Shown one piece after another: positions 58,024 through 64,000 of a stretch of DNA of 64,000 nucleotides. The translations under genes and the position numbers were made by a program. Source of the stretch: a bacterium (GTDB taxonomy: Bacteria > Patescibacteriota > Microgenomatia > UBA1400 > PJMF01); NCBI GenBank assembly GCA_017431625.1, contig JAFRKQ010000021.1:13324-77323 (forward strand), written 5' to 3'. Positions within the stretch are counted from its first letter, which is position 1; every line of letters starts with the position of its first letter. The notes beneath the pieces were generated by a model. It saw nothing but the letters and a program-made list of their open reading frames with translations, did not search any database and had not been told where the DNA came from.

Positions 58024-58329
58024 ATGAATATTTTTCAACAAGCTGGTGACTTAATGAAATTGCGCAAACAAGCCCTCGAAATCCAAAAGACGCTCGCCGC
58101 CCAAGAAACCGTCGTTGAGGAAAACGGAATTAAAGTAGTGATCTCTGGTGATCAGAAAATCAAAGAATTCTCAGTTGAGGGAGTCATGAGTCAAGATGCC
58201 GTTAATGCCCTCAATAAAGCTATCAAACAATCACAAGAAGAAGCAGCCAAACAAATGCAAAACATGGGCAATCTCAATGACCTCCTCTCAGGCCTCATGG
58301 GTGCTACTGGTCCTCAAGCACAAACGTAA
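58024..58329 (+). CDS. ybaB: YbaB/EbfC-family nucleoid-associated protein
   Basis: About 100 aa. MN.F...GDLMKLRKQALE.QK N-terminus and topology typical of YbaB. Confidence 0.65.
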   Translation: MNIFQQAGDLMKLRKQALEIQKTLAAQETVVEENGIKVVISGDQKIKEFSVEGVMSQDAVNALNKAIKQSQEEAAKQMQNMGNLNDLLSGLMGATGPQAQT

Positions 58330-58330
58330 T

Positions 58331-58930
58331 ATGACGGTCGCACAAGTGTTTTTTGCTTCCAGCAATCATGGCAAGGTTTTGGAAGTGCGTTCGATTTTGC
58401 GTGAAGTTATGCCGACGCTCCACGTCTATAGCCTCCAAGACTTTCCCGACTGGAGCCAGCAAGTAGAGGAGAGCGGCCAGACTTATCACGACAACGCTTT
58501 GCTTAAAGCTCGTGCCTATCAAGACAATCCGCGGCATTTGCCGGTCATTGCCGATGACTCAGGACTCGAGGTGGCTGCTCTCCCTGGACTTTTGGGCATT
58601 CATTCTCAACGCTGGTATCAAGGCAAAGAACTGACCAAAGCCCAAGCCCTTTTGCAAAAACTCAAAGGCGTTCAGGATCGCTCGATGGTATTTCACACCA
58701 CTTTTTGTTATCTTGCCCCTTCACAGCCACCGCAATTTTTTGAAGGTGATCTGCCTGGTTCGGCCGCGCTGGAACTCGCAGGTGGCGATGGTTTTGACTA
58801 TGATCCCATTTTTGTCCCTCAAGGTTTTAAACAGACTTACGCCGAGCTAGGAGAGACAACCAAAAACCGCATTAGCCAAAGACGCGCTGCCCTCGAATCA
58901 CTAGCTATCTACTTGCAAAACTCACAATGA
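58331..58930 (+). CDS. rdgB: Non-canonical purine NTP pyrophosphatase (RdgB/Ham1 family)
   Basis: VFFASSNHGKVLEV, ADDSGLEV, GFDYDPIF and KNRISQRRAAL motifs. ATG at 58331, 1 nt after the ybaB stop. Confidence 0.88.
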   Translation: MTVAQVFFASSNHGKVLEVRSILREVMPTLHVYSLQDFPDWSQQVEESGQTYHDNALLKARAYQDNPRHLPVIADDSGLEVAALPGLLGIHSQRWYQGKELTKAQALLQKLKGVQDRSMVFHTTFCYLAPSQPPQFFEGDLPGSAALELAGGDGFDYDPIFVPQGFKQTYAELGETTKNRISQRRAALESLAIYLQNSQ

Positions 58931-58939
58931 TGGGCTAAC

Positions 58940-60142
58940 TTAAGCCGCTGGCGCCGGCGCTCCCTCGTTTTCATTAGGAGTAGGGTTTTGATCAGGATTT
59001 TCATGACTGTCAAGCGCGTAGCGATTGTCTTGCCAATTACCCCAGCGACGAATGCCCTCGCTCCTAGTGGGGCCATAAACCATACGCACACCAGCCTCAA
59101 TGACTTCATCCTTGTGTTGCACCAAGCCTTGCTGCTCCAAAACTGTCGCCAGCTGAAGGATCGCTTCTTTAATTTCCATGCCAGTGGCATCTCGACTAAT
59201 AAGACGATTGACGTTATTGATATAGCGTTCCACCTGACGTTGATTTTCGGTCTCAGTCGGTTGCACCCCTTCAGTACCATTTTCCACCTGGTCCAAAACT
59301 CGCTGCAACTCGGCCAGTTGGTTAAAAACGTCAAGTTTCGCTCCAGATCCAGCATCATTGGCGCCCGCCACGTCATCAGTAAACAACCCCTCCCGAACAT
59401 TGCGCCCTTGCTGGATGAGAGCGCGCAATCTAGCAATATAGTCATCACGCTCCTGACTTGTGTGAAACTCAGGCACGCGGCCATCTCGAGGCACTACCTC
59501 AGCTATGTCCCGACGCAAAGTGTCGTAAGGGCTATCACCACCTACTTTTTCGGGACGCTCAGGTAGCTGGAATTGATGAAGGGTCATCTCTATCTGGTCT
59601 TGAGTGTAACCAAGCCTTGTCATGGTGTAGCGCAAATCCTCTTGAGCATCTTTGATCTGATCACGTGTCAAGGTAATTTCTCCCGCTGTATCCGAGCGAT
59701 TTGACTCTTGGCCGGGTCGATAATGAGTTTGTTGGTCATAAGCTTCATAGTTGTGCAAGAGGCTATCAAGATGAGTAATCATGTCACGCAAACGCTTCAT
59801 CTTCACGGCCATACGCTGAGGCGCTGGCAGTAATTCATCAGCTTCAGTTGGAGCTTTGCCATCCAGACGCCTCGCGATCATTTCGGTAGGATTGTGAAAA
59901 TTGGGTGGCATATCTAGACGAGCGGCTCTTTCTGGCAAAGGTGGAGCCACATCATCACCAACACGGATTTCCCCAGCCGCTCCCCGCTGCACCGGTGTCG
60001 GTGATTCCGGCGAAGGATTTGCAAGGTTGGGCTCAGGGGTGGTCGTGGGTGCCGTCTCTGCCGGTGAGGGCGGAGTCACCTCTGTTTGCCTGTCAATATC
60101 TACTTGACCGATCATTTCCGATGTCATCAGCCCTTCTGACAT
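58940..60142 (-). CDS. Hypothetical Pro/Glu/Thr-rich protein with a low-complexity N-terminus (400 aa)
   Basis: Long ORF. GC-richer than its surroundings. No TM and no recognisable domain. Confidence 0.5.
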   Translation of the reverse strand: MSEGLMTSEMIGQVDIDRQTEVTPPSPAETAPTTTPEPNLANPSPESPTPVQRGAAGEIRVGDDVAPPLPERAARLDMPPNFHNPTEMIARRLDGKAPTEADELLPAPQRMAVKMKRLRDMITHLDSLLHNYEAYDQQTHYRPGQESNRSDTAGEITLTRDQIKDAQEDLRYTMTRLGYTQDQIEMTLHQFQLPERPEKVGGDSPYDTLRRDIAEVVPRDGRVPEFHTSQERDDYIARLRALIQQGRNVREGLFTDDVAGANDAGSGAKLDVFNQLAELQRVLDQVENGTEGVQPTETENQRQVERYINNVNRLISRDATGMEIKEAILQLATVLEQQGLVQHKDEVIEAGVRMVYGPTRSEGIRRWGNWQDNRYALDSHENPDQNPTPNENEGAPAPAA

Positions 60143-60440
60143 ACTTTACCTTTCATCTGTAGCCTTCTTAATTATCACAAGTGTCATTGTAACACTCAAG
60201 CGACGAAAGTGCAAGTGGGAAAATAACTCGATAAAAATATCCTATAATATTTAAATTTAATCCTATAAGTTTATGAGCTCACTTGAGATAAATTTATAAT
60301 AATATAATATTATAGGTAATTAAAATTATCTTTAGTCTGGAGAAATTAGACCTATAAATCGTTAAAGTCCTATAATATTAGAGGCTCTCTAGAGGCACAG
60401 TTCGCATGAGTTTCATGAGTTTTGAGAATTTGGTGATCAA
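60143..60440. repeat. AT-rich tract with five CCTATAA(T/G/A) motifs (iteron-like), upstream of secE
   Basis: CCTATAA at 60240, 60262, 60349 and 60371, plus an inverted copy at 60311. Shares TTTAGTCTGGA with the tract at 63288-63480. Confidence 0.7.
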
Positions 60441-60477
60441 TCTTGCGCTTTTTGTGGTATAATAGGGGGGCTTAATT

Positions 60478-60660
60478 ATGAAAAGGATACGTAGCTATTT
60501 CGAAGGTGTCGGCAGTGAACTCAAAAAAGTCACTTTTCCCAGCCGAGATGAAGTCATCCAGATGACGACACTGGTGGTGAGCTTATCTATACTGCTTGCA
60601 ATTATGGTCGGTTTGTTGGATTTCACTTTCCGCTACGCTGTCAGGTGGCTCATTGCCTAA
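60478..60660 (+). CDS. secE: Preprotein translocase subunit SecE
   Basis: 60 aa. Single C-terminal TM. Upstream of nusG. TTTGTGGTATAAT promoter at 60450-60463. Confidence 0.85.
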   Translation: MKRIRSYFEGVGSELKKVTFPSRDEVIQMTTLVVSLSILLAIMVGLLDFTFRYAVRWLIA

Positions 60661-60670
60661 AAAGGAATTT

Positions 60671-61348
60671 ATGCCAGAAGAAACGTTATCAGCAACGACT
60701 ACCATTGACCCCCAAAATTTGCCTGAAGATTTGCAAGGCATAGAAGCGCCAGAAACTCAAGAAGTTCAGGTGATGTCGCCGAATGTTTTTATTGTTTCTG
60801 AGGGTGAAAATCCCGAGGCTCGCTGGTATGTCGTCCACGTCTACTCTGGTCACGAAAATAAAGTCTCCGAGGCTTTGCGCCAGCGCACCCAGACTCTTGG
60901 TCTTGAGGGCAAAATCCTCCAGACTTTGATCCCTACCCAAGAAAAAATCCAAATCAAACGAGGCCAACGCAAGACCGTTCACGAAAAGATCTACCCTGGC
61001 TATATGCTCGTTAATATGGAGCTTAATGACGAAACTTGGGTGGCGGTGCGCACCACCAATGGTGTCTCGGGATTTGTGGGTGTCAATGACTCCAAGCCGC
61101 GGCCACTGACTCGCAAAGAGGTGGATGACATCATCAAATACGTCGCTCAGACCCAAAATGAGACTAAGTTTAAGGTTGATTATTCTGAGGGTGAACCAGT
61201 CAAAATCATCGATGGTCCTTTCAATGACTTTTTGGGAACTGTCAGCAAGATTGACGAAGCTCGTGGCAAGCTCGAGGTGCTGATTAATATTTTTGGTCGC
61301 GAAACACCGGTAGAGCTTGACTTTTTACAGGTACAAAAAATTGGTTAA
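60671..61348 (+). CDS. nusG: Transcription termination/antitermination factor NusG
   Basis: WYVVHVYSGHENKV NGN domain and a C-terminal KOW (GEPVKIIDGPFNDFLGTV). Start at ATG 60671. The upstream part of the ORF overlaps secE. Confidence 0.92.
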   Translation: MPEETLSATTTIDPQNLPEDLQGIEAPETQEVQVMSPNVFIVSEGENPEARWYVVHVYSGHENKVSEALRQRTQTLGLEGKILQTLIPTQEKIQIKRGQRKTVHEKIYPGYMLVNMELNDETWVAVRTTNGVSGFVGVNDSKPRPLTRKEVDDIIKYVAQTQNETKFKVDYSEGEPVKIIDGPFNDFLGTVSKIDEARGKLEVLINIFGRETPVELDFLQVQKIG

Positions 61349-61376
61349 TAAAATGTAACACAGCAAGAAAGCAAAT

Positions 61377-61802
61377 ATGGCAAAAAAAGTAATTAATATC
61401 TTAAAATTAAATCTTCCTGCCGGTACGGCCACGCCCGCCCCGCCAGTCGGTCCAATTTTGGGTCAGGCCGGTATCAATATGATGGATTTCCTCAAACAAT
61501 ACAATGCTGCCACTCAGGACAAAAAAGGCCAGATTATTCCGGCGGAAATCACTATTTATCAGGATCGTTCCTTCACCTTTGAACTCAAGCTCCCACCGGT
61601 CTCGGCGATGATCAAGCAGGCGCTCAAACTCCAAAAGGGGAGTGGCTTGGCTGGTCGTGAGTCAGCGGGCAAACTCACTCGCGAGCAAGTGGAAGCTATT
61701 GCTACCCAAAAACTACCCGACCTCAACACTGTTGATCTGGCGCAAGCTATCAATAGCGTCATCGGGACCGCCCGCTCGATGGGGATTGAGGTGACCAATT
61801 GA
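61377..61802 (+). CDS. rplK: 50S ribosomal protein L11
   Basis: PAGTATPAPPVGPILGQAGINMM hallmark. Confidence 0.97.
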   Translation: MAKKVINILKLNLPAGTATPAPPVGPILGQAGINMMDFLKQYNAATQDKKGQIIPAEITIYQDRSFTFELKLPPVSAMIKQALKLQKGSGLAGRESAGKLTREQVEAIATQKLPDLNTVDLAQAINSVIGTARSMGIEVTN

Positions 61803-61860
61803 GAAATAAAATAGCCAACCGCTTGGGATCAACTCTGGCGGGAGAACCAGAAAGGAATTT

Positions 61861-62589
61861 ATGGGTTCGAAAAAAAATGTTTCTATTGACGGCTCACAAG
61901 ATCACGTCAAGATTGTGAGCGAGCAAACACCGGTAGCTACTGAGGCGCCAGTCCAGGCTGCTGCTAGCAATGAAGCCAAAACTAAAAATGTGCGTGCGGG
62001 TCGTTCGCCGCGCTATCGCGAGGTGCGTGCTTTGGTGGATCGGGCCAGGCTTTACCCCATGACCGAAGCGTTTGAGTTGGTCAAAAAGACCTCTTATTCC
62101 AAGTTTGCCGGTACTGTCAGTGCTGATTTGGTACTCAAAGACACTAGCAATCAAATCAATGTAGTATTCCCTCACTCCACTGGCAAACAATTGCGCGTGG
62201 CTATCGTTGACGACGCTCTCTTGGCTGAGGTTGAGGCCGGCAAAATTGACTTTGACGTTTTGCTAACTACTCCTCAGTATATGCCCAAGTTGGCCAAACT
62301 AGCACGGATCTTGGGTCCCAAGGGTTTGATGCCCAATCCCAAAAACAACACCATTGTTTCTGATCCAGAAAAAGCCAAAGCCGAGCTTTTGGGTGGCAAA
62401 ACTGTCCTCAAGACCGAACGTAAGGCCCCGCTCTTGCACGCCACCTTGGGTAAAACTACCACGGCCACCAGTGATCTAGTGGACAATCTCCAGGCTTTGA
62501 TCAAAGCTACCGACGGCAAAACACTCAAGTGCACCATCAGTGCCACGATGAGTCCTGGCGTCAAAGTGGCTTTGGTTACCACTGATTAA
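61861..62589 (+). CDS. rplA: 50S ribosomal protein L1 (with an N-terminal extension)
   Basis: L1 core (LKDTSNQINVVFPHSTGK..., GPKGLMPNPK). The ~60-aa N-terminal extension is uncertain. Confidence 0.9.
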   Translation: MGSKKNVSIDGSQDHVKIVSEQTPVATEAPVQAAASNEAKTKNVRAGRSPRYREVRALVDRARLYPMTEAFELVKKTSYSKFAGTVSADLVLKDTSNQINVVFPHSTGKQLRVAIVDDALLAEVEAGKIDFDVLLTTPQYMPKLAKLARILGPKGLMPNPKNNTIVSDPEKAKAELLGGKTVLKTERKAPLLHATLGKTTTATSDLVDNLQALIKATDGKTLKCTISATMSPGVKVALVTTD

Positions 62590-62608
62590 TTGTTTGACTC
62601 TATCTATC

Positions 62609-62640
62609 ACCAAAAGCCACCTGAAAAACAGGTGGCTTAA
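62609..62640 (+). terminator. Hairpin AAGCCACCTG-AAAAA-CAGGTGGCTT after rplA
   Basis: 10-bp perfect stem. Weak U-tract. Confidence 0.5.
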
Positions 62641-62714
62641 GTGATTTGCGAACAGTTATTAAGTGCAAATTTTGCCACTAATTATTGCTAGATCTTATGC
62701 TATAATCAGTCCCT

Positions 62715-63287
62715 ATGACAAAAAAACTGCCACACCGTTTTGTAGCCCTTGATGTTGAAACTCCCAATGGTCACAATGATCGGATTAGTGCCCTGGGTCT
62801 GAGTGTGATTGAAGACGGTCAAATTGTCCACAATGATTTTACCCTAGTCAACCCGGAGACATATTTTAGCCATTTTAATATCCAACTCACTGGTATTGAC
62901 TCCAAACTCGTTGCAAAGGCTCCCACCTTCGCCCAAGTCTGGTATCACTATCGTGACCTGCTAGAAAATGAAGTCTTGGTGGCTCACAATGCCGCTTTTG
63001 ATTTGCGCGTGCTCGCTCATTGTCTACATGACTACGATCTGCTCCCCGCCCAACCCGCCACCTACTTATGTACTTGCCGACTTGGTCGGCGCTGCTATCC
63101 CAGCCTGCCCAATCACAAACTCAACACGATGTGTGACTATCTGCACATTAATCTCAATCATCATCAAGCTGATAGCGATTGTCAGGCTTGTGCCCGTCTT
63201 CTACTCGACTATCTCAAACATGATTTTCCCGTAAATGCGAGTTTGCGTACCTATGATTGGCAAGCAATGAAGACGCTCGCCGGCTAA
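62715..63287 (+). CDS. DEDDh 3'-5' exonuclease (DnaQ / Pol III epsilon-like)
   Basis: Exo I FVALDVETPN, Exo II LVAHNAAFDLRVL, Exo III HQADSDCQA. TATAAT at 62701. Confidence 0.85.
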   Translation: MTKKLPHRFVALDVETPNGHNDRISALGLSVIEDGQIVHNDFTLVNPETYFSHFNIQLTGIDSKLVAKAPTFAQVWYHYRDLLENEVLVAHNAAFDLRVLAHCLHDYDLLPAQPATYLCTCRLGRRCYPSLPNHKLNTMCDYLHINLNHHQADSDCQACARLLLDYLKHDFPVNASLRTYDWQAMKTLAG

Positions 63288-63480
63288 TTCATATGTTATA
63301 GGATTTTTACTAATTATAGGCTTAAAGTCTCTTGATTAGGGGTTTAATATAATATCCCATAATATAATATTACGATTTAATTTAGTCTGGACAAATATTT
63401 ATATTATAGGATTAAAATTAAATATTATAGGTCTATTTAACTTTATTCCCGCAAAATTTGCGCTCTATTTTCGTGAATTT
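63288..63480. repeat. AT-rich tract with four TTATAGG motifs (inverse orientation of the 60143-60440 tract)
   Basis: TTATAGG at 63307, 63325, 63407 and 63430. TTTAGTCTGGA is shared. Confidence 0.7.
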
Positions 63481-63498
63481 GTGTGTTACAATAGCCGC

Positions 63499-64000
63499 AT
63501 GAGCACACCAGAATTCGTTCACCTGCATGTCCACACTGAGTATTCCATGCTTGATGGCCTGTGTCGTCTGGAGCCACTGATTAAAAAAGTCGATGCCTTA
63601 GGTCAGAAAGCAGTAGCAGTCACCGATCATGGCAATATGTACGCCGTGGTCAAATTCTACAATACAATTGATCACCTGGAAAGTAAAGTGAAGCCAATTG
63701 TCGGTTGTGAGCTTTATCAAGCCGCCAAATCACGTTTTGACAAACAGACACGCCTAGGTATGGATCAGTATCATCTGTTGGTGCTAGCGCGCGACAATAC
63801 CGGCTATCGCAATATTTTACAACTCGTCTCCAAGGCCAATTTTGAAGGGTTTTCATACAAACCGCGTATAGACGATGAGCTGCTTTTTACTCATGCCGAA
63901 GGCTTAATTGTCACCACGGCTTGCACAGGCAGCTTGATCAATCGCCTCATTTTGGCTGGGCGGCTAGAAGAAGCGCAGGCAAGAGTCAAAAAATATAAGG
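63499..64000 (+). CDS. dnaE: DNA polymerase III alpha subunit, N-terminal PHP domain (truncated at window end)
   Basis: FVHLHVHTEYSMLDG PHP motif. The ORF continues off the window. Confidence 0.85.
   Translation, partial: MSTPEFVHLHVHTEYSMLDGLCRLEPLIKKVDALGQKAVAVTDHGNMYAVVKFYNTIDHLESKVKPIVGCELYQAAKSRFDKQTRLGMDQYHLLVLARDNTGYRNILQLVSKANFEGFSYKPRIDDELLFTHAEGLIVTTACTGSLINRLILAGRLEEAQARVKKYK

Noticed and set aside
58196-58330. 45-aa N-terminal extension of the rdgB ORF
   Set aside because: It overlaps the ybaB coding region in another frame. The ATG at 58331, 1 nt after the ybaB stop, gives the conserved Ham1 N-terminus.
60143-60440. Chromosomal oriC with DnaA boxes
   Set aside because: No TTATCCACA-like boxes are present (the best match has 3 mismatches). 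dnaA is not in the window. The region is kept only as an unexplained iteron-like tract.
60596-60670. Upstream part of the nusG ORF overlapping secE
   Set aside because: The ATG at 60671 follows the secE stop. Upstream codons lie inside secE.
61803-61860. L1-binding autoregulatory mRNA structure upstream of rplA
   Set aside because: Plausible by position, but I could not confidently match the 23S-rRNA-mimic consensus by eye. Not reported as a feature.

Overview
This 64 kb window looks like a compact bacterial chromosome segment. Genes are tightly packed, often overlapping, promoters use an extended -10 (TGTGGTATAAT-like) with little or no leader, and SD sites are weak. This is consistent with a reduced-genome, possibly CPR/Patescibacteria-like organism, but that is inference only.

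Housekeeping content:
- pth (partial), dnaK, secDF, cysS, trmD, hisS, aspS, rmlA-like, glgX, GPx, and tRNA-Cys and tRNA-Gly genes.
- A complete F1Fo ATP synthase operon (atpZ/I-like, atpB, E, F, H, A, G, D, C), rarA, tpiA, pgi, ferredoxin, ybaB, rdgB.
- secE-nusG-rplK-rplA, a DnaQ-like exonuclease, and the 5' end of dnaE.

Accessory content:
- A strongly AT-rich (about 27-35% GC against about 42-57% in flanking core genes) cell-surface glycan island begins directly downstream of tRNA-Cys. It carries a 1370-aa methyltransferase / coiled-coil / GT2 / GT4 fusion preceded by a (GA)10 microsatellite, a full GDP-D-glycero-alpha-D-manno-heptose pathway (hddA, a fused hddC-gmhB, gmhA), and a 948-aa polytopic membrane protein.
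- Next comes a repeat-laden locus with two paralogous COG1373-type AAA+ ATPase genes. Each is bracketed by direct repeats, one by phased 33-bp iteron-like arrays, and the locus ends in an IS200/IS605 element.
- An OmpR-type two-component system sits in an operon with a MacAB/HlyD-type efflux pump.
- There is a stand-alone Lon AAA+ module without a protease domain.

Recurring non-coding signals:
- One conserved 23-nt motif sits upstream of a perfect TTGACA -35 in three promoters (dnaK, TCS-efflux, atp).
- A duplicated ~90-nt intergenic element appears twice.
- Palindromes and AT-rich CCTATAA iteron-like tracts flank the nusG-rplKA block.
- No CRISPR array was found.
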